Source of the DNA: a virus
Direction: 5' to 3' (one strand)
Length of the DNA stretch: 64,000 nucleotides
Virus record (IMG/VR): IMGVR_UViG_3300027733_000033
Part shown: positions 1-7,479 of the stretch, one piece after another
Layout of the letters: every line of letters starts with the position of its first letter
Position numbering within the stretch: position 1 is the first letter of the stretch
Position numbers and translations under genes: made by a program
Notes under the pieces: model-generated
What the model was told of the DNA's origin: nothing
Database searches by the model: none
The model's input: only the letters and a program-made list of their open reading frames with translations

Positions 1-128
1 TGTCTGCTAGGATGAATTTCTTTAGCTTCTTCCTCAGAATATGCAGATACGACCATAGAATCGTATGTATCGTAGCCGCTTCGTTCAATTTGCCATAATC
101 TATACAGAAAAAGTGATTTGTTATCCAT
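1..128 (-). CDS. Hypothetical phage protein, 3'-truncated at window edge
   Basis: ATG at 128 overlaps the end of the recombinase gene; reads MDNKSLFLYRLWQIERSGYDTYDSMVVSAYSEEEAKEIHP with no stop before position 1. Confidence 0.65.
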   Translation of the reverse strand, partial: MDNKSLFLYRLWQIERSGYDTYDSMVVSAYSEEEAKEIHPSR

Positions 129-789
129 TAATTTTAACTCTATCAAGTACTCGTTGGACTGAAACTGCTTGCCATTTACAACCTCTAGACGTTTTTACGT
201 TTAATTTATTAAGATTATTCGCAATAGAATTTAAGGATTCTCCATTTTTTATGTTGTCTATAATAATATCGAATATAGAATATGCAAACAAATCAGCATT
301 AGCCTTTCTAACAAGTAAACCCTTTTTTCTAGCAATAGGTAAGCTTTGTAAATTTCCTAAAGTTTCTCCTTTATCCTTTTTTACTTTTAGAGCAGCTTTA
401 GTGCGTTTAGAAATTAATAAAACTTCTTCCTCGGCTTTAGCTACATTCAATAAAAGTTTAGAATTGTCTATAGGTAACCCAATATCAACACAAACCAATT
501 TTACGTTTTGCTGTAACAAATTGGAAACAGCCCAAACATTTCTACTTAACCTGTCTGCAGAACTGACTATCAACATTAAATTGTCAGTTTTGCATTCTGA
601 TAAAATTTTACTTATGACTTTCCTATTTTTAAACTCACCTTTAGCAGATTTAATTTCATACTCAATTTTTACCAAATCAATATTATGTGAAATACAAAAC
701 TGTTCGATTTGCTTTTGCTGAGATTCTAAACCTAACCCTGATTCACCTTGTTCTTTAGAGCTAACTCTTACATAACCAATTGCTTTCAT
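121..789 (-). CDS. Serine recombinase (resolvase/invertase family)
   Basis: N-terminal GYVRVSS catalytic motif, LESQ, DRLSRN motif, ISKRTKAAL helix E, C-terminal SLNSIANNLN...KW..VSVQRVL DNA-binding segment. Confidence 0.92.
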   Translation of the reverse strand: MKAIGYVRVSSKEQGESGLGLESQQKQIEQFCISHNIDLVKIEYEIKSAKGEFKNRKVISKILSECKTDNLMLIVSSADRLSRNVWAVSNLLQQNVKLVCVDIGLPIDNSKLLLNVAKAEEEVLLISKRTKAALKVKKDKGETLGNLQSLPIARKKGLLVRKANADLFAYSIFDIIIDNIKNGESLNSIANNLNKLNVKTSRGCKWQAVSVQRVLDRVKING

Positions 790-792
790 TGT

Positions 793-1152
793 TTATCCTT
801 TACGTTTTGCAGTAGCCTTTCTTTTGTTAGAACGAATTAAACGTTCAGCGTAATCAAAACAAATACTTGGCATTTCTTCATTTTCATTAAGATCGCCTTC
901 AAAGATTTTGTTTAACATACCGCGCTGTTCTACTCCATATTCATCGATATAAACCTCAACTTTGGCACCAAGTTTGATGTTAGCGTCAATAAAATCGCAC
1001 GCAAAATATTCTAAATCTTTACCTTTAGAAGTCTTAAATTTAAGCTTAGAATAAATCACTTGTTTAACGTGTTTTCTTTGTTCAACAGGGAAAGAGTTGA
1101 TGAATACTTCAGATAGTGGTAAAGTAGTTGCTTCAGTCATGGTATTCTCCAA
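793..1152 (-). CDS. Hypothetical protein
   Basis: 119 aa ORF tightly packed in the operon; GGAG precedes the internal ATG at 1140, which is the probable start. Confidence 0.65.
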   Translation of the reverse strand: MENTMTEATTLPLSEVFINSFPVEQRKHVKQVIYSKLKFKTSKGKDLEYFACDFIDANIKLGAKVEVYIDEYGVEQRGMLNKIFEGDLNENEEMPSICFDYAERLIRSNKRKATAKRKG

Positions 1153-1401
1153 TTAGATATTAGACATTAATTCGTTAATTTTAGATTCTAATTCAGCTTC
1201 ATTAAAACATATAAAAGAGATACCGCCGCCATAAGATTTGTTGCTGTACTTTTTACCGCCTATCTTTTTGGCTCTTGATAACGCAATGTTATAAGTAGCG
1301 TCAATATCATACCCATCACTTTCTTTAATGAACGTAAAAAAATGGCAAACAACTCTTGGGTTACCATCAACAGTACGGTTAATTCTTTCAAACTTAATCA
1401 T
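1153..1401 (-). CDS. Hypothetical early protein
   Basis: Start reassigned to ATG 1401 (MIKFERINR) following a GGAG RBS, directly downstream of an early-type promoter. Confidence 0.7.
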   Translation of the reverse strand: MIKFERINRTVDGNPRVVCHFFTFIKESDGYDIDATYNIALSRAKKIGGKKYSNKSYGGGISFICFNEAELESKINELMSNI

Positions 1402-1484
1402 ATTAAACACTCCAATAACGTTATAGGTTAACTTCATTAATATCTATTATACTATGTTTTTATCAAAAGTAAAGCTTTATTTTT
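1402..1484 (-). promoter_or_regulatory. Sigma70-type early promoter with conserved leader (family B, copy 1)
   Basis: AAAATAAAGC-TTTACT-N16-TATAAT then AGATATTAATGAAGTTAA...GGAGTGT..AATATG; near-identical to 3173-3246. Confidence 0.75.
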
Positions 1485-1500
1485 AATAAAACCTAAAATA

Positions 1501-1578
1501 TTTTTAAGCGCTTAACCTCAATTCACGCCCGACTAGGCTATTATACGTGTTTGAAGATATAAAGTAAAGTTTTATTTT
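1501..1578 (-). repeat. Dispersed promoter-leader cassette (family A) copy 1
   Basis: AAAATAAAAC-TTTACT-N17-TATAATAGCCTAGTCGGGCGTGAATTGAGGTTAAGCGCTTAAAAA on minus strand. Confidence 0.9.
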
Positions 1579-1584
1579 AGGCAC

Positions 1585-1613
1585 AAAAAAGCCGACGATT
1601 AAGTCGGCTTTTT
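1585..1613. terminator. Intrinsic terminator after gp3 (potentially bidirectional)
   Basis: AAAAAAGCCGAC-GATTAA-GTCGGCTTTTT. Confidence 0.85.
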
Positions 1614-1614
1614 G

Positions 1615-2127
1615 CTATAGGGTTTCAAATTTGAAGAAAGTATAATTGAACGTCACATCACATGTTAGATAAGTAACATCTGACTGGTTAGTAACCATTG
1701 TCAACCCACCTAATTCTATCGGTCGTAAATCATAAAACGTTATATTTCGAATCACATTATTAGATGAAGATAAAATTTGTAAATTACCATCAGATACTTC
1801 ATTCAAATTACTCCCCGCTATAAAATCGCTAAACTGGATTCTTGCTTCGGGAAACCCTAACCCAACCATCCATTTATAAATAGCTAGATAATTGCTCATA
1901 TCTTCATCTACTATAAAGCTAACAGTCAAGTCTGAATACTGAAGATTGACCCCTGATGTATAAAAAGTAGATAGAGGAGTTTGAATTTCAGCTGGAGGTA
2001 AAGACACACTGGGTAACGTTACTTCTTGAGCAAAGTAAGTTAACTCAGGTATCTTCTGGATGCTGAATGTAAATCCAGACGCACTTAACGGATTCACATT
2101 ATGCTGATTTGCGACAAAGTTTGCCAT
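1615..2127 (-). CDS. gp3: Tail completion / tube terminator protein (T4 gp3-like)
   Basis: NPLSASGFTFSI..IPELTYFAQEVTLPSVSL, YSDLTVSFIVDEDMSNY..IYKWM, YLTCDVTFNY motifs. Confidence 0.85.
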   Translation of the reverse strand: MANFVANQHNVNPLSASGFTFSIQKIPELTYFAQEVTLPSVSLPPAEIQTPLSTFYTSGVNLQYSDLTVSFIVDEDMSNYLAIYKWMVGLGFPEARIQFSDFIAGSNLNEVSDGNLQILSSSNNVIRNITFYDLRPIELGGLTMVTNQSDVTYLTCDVTFNYTFFKFETL

Positions 2128-2129
2128 TT

Positions 2130-2351
2130 TTAACCTTTTAACGAAAGTGGAATTTTTAGGCTTATCTGTGCTACTTGGATAAAAAACATACCAACACCAA
2201 ATAGCGCAATATATGTTCCTAGAATTGGTTCAATACCGGTTACCATCAACAGGATACCAATAAAGGCTAACCCGTTGGTGTAAATTGTATAATACTCGCT
2301 TTTTTTCATAATTGAAAAATCCCATTGTAGGGTTGAAATAATGTTACTCAC
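2130..2351 (-). CDS. Small membrane protein
   Basis: Two hydrophobic segments; start may be the internal Met (MKKSEY). Confidence 0.55.
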   Translation of the reverse strand: MSNIISTLQWDFSIMKKSEYYTIYTNGLAFIGILLMVTGIEPILGTYIALFGVGMFFIQVAQISLKIPLSLKG

Positions 2352-2566
2352 GGTTGAGTAACCTCTTTAGTTTTGGGAGTAATTTTGCTCGTGACATTTT
2401 TACTTCCACTAGTATTTAATGGTAGATACCCGTTCAACAAATTTGACACTGTGTAAATAGCGTAAACTACAATTCCGCAACCCATTGCTGCTTTAAGCGT
2501 TGACGCAAGGTTATAGCCAATTTCTATCATAATATAATCCTCAAATTTACCAATTAGATTCATCAA
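2348..2566 (-). CDS. Small hypothetical membrane protein
   Basis: 72 aa ORF overlapping neighbours, one hydrophobic segment. Confidence 0.5.
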   Translation of the reverse strand: MMNLIGKFEDYIMIEIGYNLASTLKAAMGCGIVVYAIYTVSNLLNGYLPLNTSGSKNVTSKITPKTKEVTQP

Positions 2567-2750
2567 CGACCGGAATGGTCAATTCTGTCATAATACCGTT
2601 AACCTGATATTCAAATTTTACATGCAAAGTATATCCGATGCCGGTTGTATCTGTATGTAATAAATCAATATGCTGTACTTCAGGGAATTTCTGTAACAAA
2701 CTAGAAATATCGTTTACATCACTCACACTGATGTTTTTTATCTTATTCAT
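2547..2750 (-). CDS. Hypothetical protein
   Basis: Probable start MNKIKNIS at 2750 overlapping the upstream stop (track ORF extends to 2822). Confidence 0.55.
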   Translation of the reverse strand: MNKIKNISVSDVNDISSLLQKFPEVQHIDLLHTDTTGIGYTLHVKFEYQVNGIMTELTIPVVDESNW

Positions 2751-2931
2751 AATCACCGCGCAAGTAAGCTTTAATCCCGTCTTCAATCTCACGGGTTCGT
2801 TTTTTCTTAGGTAAATGAACATGACTTTTTCTTAACAAAGGACTGTTTAAAATCTTTTCCTTTGTTAAATCATCATAATTGTACCCACCTTTTATTTTAC
2901 CATCTGTATAGTTCATATTCTCCACGCTCAA
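2743..2931 (-). CDS. Hypothetical protein
   Basis: 62 aa ORF overlapping both neighbours in operon fashion. Confidence 0.5.
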   Translation of the reverse strand: MSVENMNYTDGKIKGGYNYDDLTKEKILNSPLLRKSHVHLPKKKRTREIEDGIKAYLRGDYE

Positions 2932-3172
2932 GCATACGCTGTCTTAATTGGTTTTCTCTAATTTGTTCTCTTAACATTTCTCTTCTTTCATACTCTCTAT
3001 ATCCATATTCCCTTTCACGTAAGATAACAACATCTCTTTCCACAGGTTGACTATATACTGACCCAAGAATAACACCGCCGATTATAGCAGGTGCTATCCA
3101 ATCATTTTCATGTGCAACCCCAACAGAAGGGATAGTTAAGGCTAACGCCGCAATCAATAATTTGTTTTTCAT
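2897..3172 (-). CDS. Exported/membrane-associated small protein
   Basis: Signal-peptide-like MKNKLLIAALALTIPSVGVA, hydrophobic WIAPAIIGGVILG, charged tail; GGAG RBS before ATG 3172. Confidence 0.7.
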   Translation of the reverse strand: MKNKLLIAALALTIPSVGVAHENDWIAPAIIGGVILGSVYSQPVERDVVILREREYGYREYERREMLREQIRENQLRQRMLERGEYELYRW

Positions 3173-3246
3173 ATTACACTCCATTAAGGTTTAACTTCAT
3201 TAAGATCTATTATACTATGATTTTTGTAAAAGTAAAGCTTTATTTT
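3173..3246 (-). promoter_or_regulatory. Sigma70-type early promoter with conserved leader (family B, copy 2)
   Basis: AAAATAAAGC-TTTACT-N16-TATAAT-AGATCTTAATGAAGTTAA...GGAGTGTAATATG. Confidence 0.75.
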
Positions 3247-3309
3247 AAATTATTTTTCATCAAATATAAAAAGCTAGACTTTTCTATTTTATCTATAATT
3301 TTTATCTAG

Positions 3310-3395
3310 GTTTTTCGTAAGTCATTGATTTATAAAGGTTTATTAAAATTAGGGATAAAAATAAAAGCTAATGAAATCAATGACTTACGAAAAAC
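3310..3395. repeat. Perfect 22 bp inverted repeat containing IHF-consensus sites
   Basis: GTTTTTCGTAAGTCATTGATTT (3310-3331) and AAATCAATGACTTACGAAAAAC (3374-3395); AATCAATGACTTA fits WATCAANNNNTTR. Confidence 0.85.
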
Positions 3396-3442
3396 GTAAA
3401 ATTAAATTGGTGACCCTGTAGGTAAGGTAGGGTTGAAAATAG

Positions 3443-3471
3443 TTTACTTTTATAACGAAATTATTTATAAT
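3443..3471 (+). promoter_or_regulatory. Sigma70-type promoter of uvsY
   Basis: TTTACT-N17-TATAAT, 30 nt upstream of the start. Confidence 0.7.
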
Positions 3472-3501
3472 ACATACTATAGAATACAACCGTGAGGGCA
3501 T

Positions 3502-3939
3502 ATGAATATAAGCGAACTACAAGAACAGTGGGAAATTGATTCGGAAATAGATGGAGTACAGTTAGACATAGAATCCATTAAATCTTCAAAACTTCATTCA
3601 AAATATATTGGGATATTGGTTGAGTCTAAACTGAAACTGATAAAGCTGAGACAGGAATACGCTAATTTAAGAACATTGAAGTTTAGGTATTACCGTGGGG
3701 AATTATCTAGAACAGAATTAGCAGAATTAAACTGGGTACAGTGCCAGTTAGGAAAGCCGCTAAAATCTGAGATGGACGAGATATTGAAGGGTGATACTGA
3801 CTTAACTACAATCGAAACCAAAATTGAATATATGGTATCTATGATATACATGCTTGAGTCTATATTAAATTCAATAAAAGATAGAACTTGGAGTATTAGA
3901 AACGCTATCGAATTTAAGAAGTTTCAAGCCGGCGTATAA
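3502..3939 (+). CDS. uvsY: Recombination mediator UvsY
   Basis: LQEQWEIDSEID, LHSKY, YYRGE, R.WSIRNAIEFKKFQAG C-terminus. Confidence 0.92.
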   Translation: MNISELQEQWEIDSEIDGVQLDIESIKSSKLHSKYIGILVESKLKLIKLRQEYANLRTLKFRYYRGELSRTELAELNWVQCQLGKPLKSEMDEILKGDTDLTTIETKIEYMVSMIYMLESILNSIKDRTWSIRNAIEFKKFQAGV

Positions 3940-3952
3940 AATTTTAACAAAA

Positions 3953-3978
3953 GAAAAGGGAGCCGAAGCTCCCTTTTC
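3953..3978. terminator. Bidirectional terminator between uvsY and gp23
   Basis: GAAAAGGGAGC-CGAA-GCTCCCTTTTC; cUUCGg loop on the minus strand. Confidence 0.9.
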
Positions 3979-4002
3979 ATTTACATTAATGTAAAATAAA
4001 TT

Positions 4003-5349
4003 CTACATAATGTTGCGTACACGAACAACACGATAGAAATAGTTTTTAGCTGCATATAAGCCAGTGTTACCAGAACCAGCATCCAATGTGCAGAATGGGT
4101 TAGCAGTGATACCATAACGTGTAGCAAAACCAATTTTTGGTTGGAACGTGTTAGGATCAGAAGCTCTCATTAATTGCAATGGAATATATGGGCAGTAGAA
4201 AATACCGGCGTCAAACGCGCTTGTACCTTTATAACCAACAACGAAGTATTGTTCGTTGCTCAAGTTACTTGAATAAGGATCGATGAATACTTTATAACGA
4301 CCGTTCAATACACCAGCATAAGTTGTAGATGTATCGTCAACGTTTAAGTTAGTGTTCAAAGCAGGAGCATAATCTAATGCGCCAGCCATCGCTAAAGCTG
4401 AAGCAACGTCAGCTGAAGTGATAATGAAGTTACCACGACCACGACGAGTCAATTGACCAATCGCATTAGCTTCACGTTCAATTTGGAACAATAAGCCTTT
4501 GAATTTTTCAACTGACCAACGACCATTTGAATCTGTATCTAAGTCGAAGATGCCAGCAGTAGTTGTACCGTTTTGTGCACCTGGAAGAGCAGAAAGATAA
4601 ACAGTACGGATAACTTCACGGTTAATCTCAGCAAGAATTTCTGTGCTTAAGATGTTAACCAATTCAGACTCAGCATCCAAGCCGTGTACTGATTGAAGAT
4701 CTTGTGCTAATTCATTTGTATATTCAGCTTTCAACGCACGTGATTTAGCAATAACGTGAGTTTTTTCGATAGAGAACGCCATTTCGTTGAAAGTAGCGCC
4801 GCCGCTAGAACCTAAAGCTTCTTTTGTAGCTGTAGACATAGCAGTGCCAGTATTATAACTAGCAGCACCAGGATAAGTACCAGTTTGGTCGCCGTTTACT
4901 GGAGTGCCAGTACCGTCAAACAACGCATTAGTAGCGCCGGCGAATTCTGTGTTAGCTTCGTTATAAAGCGCTTCTGTGCCGTTTTGTGAACCGTAACGTG
5001 ATTTCATCGCGAAGATCAAACCAGTAGGTTGAGTCATAGGTTGAACGCCGCAAATATCATAAGCAATAAGTTGTGGCATTGAACGACGAACCAAAGAAAT
5101 CAAGATAGGATCGTAACCAGAAACAGTACCAGTACCCGCGCCTGTACCACCTAAAGCGATACCAGTACCGCCGGCATTAGCAGGAGCTGCTTCATTAAGC
5201 ATACCGCTTGATTGTGTGCGCATATCATTTTCTTGGTTTTCCAATAATACCGCTGTTACTTCACGACGATATTTATCTTTGATTTCTGGCATTGCAGAAT
5301 GCTCAAGGATAGGATTCCATTTTTTTAATAATTCAGGACGTGTAGACAT
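4003..5349 (-). CDS. gp23: Major capsid protein
   Basis: KW.PIL, AVLLENQE, ICGVQPMTQPTGLIFAM, AKSRALKAEY, FQPKIGF.TRYG; L-N-E maturation site. Confidence 0.98.
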   Translation of the reverse strand: MSTRPELLKKWNPILEHSAMPEIKDKYRREVTAVLLENQENDMRTQSSGMLNEAAPANAGGTGIALGGTGAGTGTVSGYDPILISLVRRSMPQLIAYDICGVQPMTQPTGLIFAMKSRYGSQNGTEALYNEANTEFAGATNALFDGTGTPVNGDQTGTYPGAASYNTGTAMSTATKEALGSSGGATFNEMAFSIEKTHVIAKSRALKAEYTNELAQDLQSVHGLDAESELVNILSTEILAEINREVIRTVYLSALPGAQNGTTTAGIFDLDTDSNGRWSVEKFKGLLFQIEREANAIGQLTRRGRGNFIITSADVASALAMAGALDYAPALNTNLNVDDTSTTYAGVLNGRYKVFIDPYSSNLSNEQYFVVGYKGTSAFDAGIFYCPYIPLQLMRASDPNTFQPKIGFATRYGITANPFCTLDAGSGNTGLYAAKNYFYRVVRVRNIM

Positions 5350-5384
5350 TTTTAAAAATTTCCTTATAATAGATGAAGCAAAAA

Positions 5385-6206
5385 TTATTTAACGTGACGG
5401 TCAATTGCCGCAACATATTTATTGATAGATGGGTTTGAGTTGTAGCTTTCGTTTAGCTGTTCAACTGGAGCATCAGTAATAAAAGATACAGAAGGTTTTG
5501 TTGAACTCGGTTTGCTGAAATAATGCTCATTGATTGTATTCAATTTTGAACGGTAAGCCGCTTCACTAGAATAAGATAATTCTTCAGCAAGTTCACGGAA
5601 ACGTTCAGCATCAGTATCTACGAGTTTAGAAGTGAATTCTTCAACGATTAAAGAACGAGCAGATTCTTCTAATTTATATTTATATTGAATAGAAGTATCA
5701 ACAGCTTCTTTTAATTTAGATTGTAAGGTTTCAATTTGTTGTGCTTGTTCAGAAACAACATCAATTTTTGACTCAGGAATTTCGATATAAGAAGATTCGA
5801 ATAAACCTTTTAAGCCGCCAATGAATCCTTCAACAATTTCGGTTTTTAATCCAGTGTCGATAGCTAAAGCGTTTTGTTTAATGAACTGTTCAGAAACATA
5901 ACCCAAATAACCATCGATGCTTTCATCTAAAGACTCTGTATATTCATTAAATTTGTCTTCATATACATCAGATAATTCGTCAAATTTAACTTCATAAGAT
6001 TCTTCCAACTTATTGAATTTTGATTCATACATTTCTTCAATAACTTGTATTTCTGACTTAGCACGTTGAGCAACAGCATTCTCAAATGCCTCAACTAATT
6101 TACCTTTGGCTTCATCATCGAATCCTTCTAGTAAACCGTCAATAGAACCATCAGTTAATGACGCATCATTAACCATTGATTCGTATAATTTTTCTTTGAT
6201 TGACAT
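5385..6206 (-). CDS. gp22: Prohead core scaffold protein
   Basis: Acidic coiled coil, IDGYLGYV..., GLKTEIVEGFI.GLK.LF, position before gp23. Confidence 0.9.
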   Translation of the reverse strand: MSIKEKLYESMVNDASLTDGSIDGLLEGFDDEAKGKLVEAFENAVAQRAKSEIQVIEEMYESKFNKLEESYEVKFDELSDVYEDKFNEYTESLDESIDGYLGYVSEQFIKQNALAIDTGLKTEIVEGFIGGLKGLFESSYIEIPESKIDVVSEQAQQIETLQSKLKEAVDTSIQYKYKLEESARSLIVEEFTSKLVDTDAERFRELAEELSYSSEAAYRSKLNTINEHYFSKPSSTKPSVSFITDAPVEQLNESYNSNPSINKYVAAIDRHVK

Positions 6207-6243
6207 CAATTTCCCCTAATTAAATTCTTATTTTATTATTTAG

Positions 6244-6894
6244 CTATTTTACATTTCTAAGAAATTGTTCAAAAGATTCAACGCAAACCCGTTTAAGATC
6301 CTTTGAAGATGCAGATAAAATAGCCTGTTTAGTTTGTTCAGCATACATAGGTTGATAATGTCCGTTAATCAAAACCCATTCAGCATTTTCCATAATACCG
6401 TTAACCCAACAATCTATACCAGACGGCTCAGACACGATGTCAATAGTTCTTAAAAAGAAATCCGGTTGAACTTGGTTAACACCGTTAACCTGTTTCAGAC
6501 TACCAATCCCACGAGTTGAAACACCTAACTTAATCCCTTCTTTTAAAAGCGCCGCCGCTATAGCTCCTTGTGGCATCGATTCTAAAATCTTAGCTTTCCC
6601 ATAAACATCATTTTTACCCTCAAATCTTAAATCGGTAATTTTATGAGAAATTCTATCAGGGTTAACCGTCATAGTATCGGGATGACCCAACTCACCAGTT
6701 GAACGGTTTTCTTTAATTAAAGACTGGAAGTTATTAACTTCACGGTTCATAGTGTCCGCTTCGTAAACTCTTCCGTTTCTATTAGTTACGCCGGCTTGAG
6801 CAAAAACACCCTCAATATAATAACTTTTTTGCTTATCAGCACCTTCTAAAATGCTGTACGAAACACTTTCAGACAAATCAGTAAATAATTTCAT
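6244..6894 (-). CDS. gp21: Prohead maturation protease
   Basis: YIEGVFAQ...NRNGRVY, GELGHP, LGVSTRGIGSL, DIVSEPS; start reassigned to MKLFTD. Confidence 0.95.
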   Translation of the reverse strand: MKLFTDLSESVSYSILEGADKQKSYYIEGVFAQAGVTNRNGRVYEADTMNREVNNFQSLIKENRSTGELGHPDTMTVNPDRISHKITDLRFEGKNDVYGKAKILESMPQGAIAAALLKEGIKLGVSTRGIGSLKQVNGVNQVQPDFFLRTIDIVSEPSGIDCWVNGIMENAEWVLINGHYQPMYAEQTKQAILSASSKDLKRVCVESFEQFLRNVK

Positions 6895-6895
6895 G

Positions 6896-7324
6896 TTACG
6901 ATCCCACCACATCAGTGTTGTCATATTCACCAAATAATGGAGTTTCAATTTTAGATAGGTAGCCATCAACTTTTCTTAATCTAACCCAAAGTTGCGCTTC
7001 ACCACCTGAAATTGTTACAACCATATTTGATGCGTTTTCTGTATCATCTGGAGGAACCATAGCACCAGAAAAATCAAAAAAGCCTGACGCACCGCAGTTA
7101 AGGGTAAACACAGTCACTGAATTTCTTACCATTGTTATAACGCTAGTTGCGTCCCCAGTCCATTGGAGAGCAGCAACATTCACACGTCTAGGAACAGCAG
7201 CAAGTGTTTCTGTACTAACTTTAAGGTCGGTGTCTAAACTAATAGTAGCAGAACCGGCGTTACCGGCTATTTTCAAAAAGCATTCTTTTTCAGATGCTTT
7301 GATGATACTCTTAGTGACAGCCAT
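6896..7324 (-). CDS. Hypothetical head-cluster protein (occupies the gp68 position)
   Basis: 142 aa beta-rich ORF; only synteny supports a head role. Confidence 0.6.
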   Translation of the reverse strand: MAVTKSIIKASEKECFLKIAGNAGSATISLDTDLKVSTETLAAVPRRVNVAALQWTGDATSVITMVRNSVTVFTLNCGASGFFDFSGAMVPPDDTENASNMVVTISGGEAQLWVRLRKVDGYLSKIETPLFGEYDNTDVVGS

Positions 7325-7326
7325 GA

Positions 7327-7479
7327 TTATTCTTCCGTATCAATCACTAAATTTTTAGCAATATTTTGTTTAAGGTGTTCAAGATTATCTTGAATTTTGT
7401 CTGCCATAATAGCATTAAAGGTTTCTTGGATTAAATCCACATTACCTTGCTCAATGGCTTCTAGTAACTCATTGTTCAT
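7327..7479 (-). CDS. Small prohead core protein (gp67-like)
   Basis: Acidic 50 aa MNNELLEAIEQGN..FNAIMADKI..L, directly after portal. Confidence 0.65.
   Translation of the reverse strand: MNNELLEAIEQGNVDLIQETFNAIMADKIQDNLEHLKQNIAKNLVIDTEE

Noticed and set aside
65-721. 218 aa plus-strand ORF and the other antisense ORFs in the track (e.g. 8418, 12474, 26288, 47119, 54219, 63410)
   Set aside because: Shadows of well-supported genes on the opposite strand, with no recognisable motifs
121-789. IS607-family transposon or tail-fibre invertase cassette
   Set aside because: No N-terminal HTH, no tnpB seen, and no adjacent inverted fibre segments
6896-7324. Assignment as gp68
   Set aside because: Only position supports it; sequence lacks the basic helical character expected
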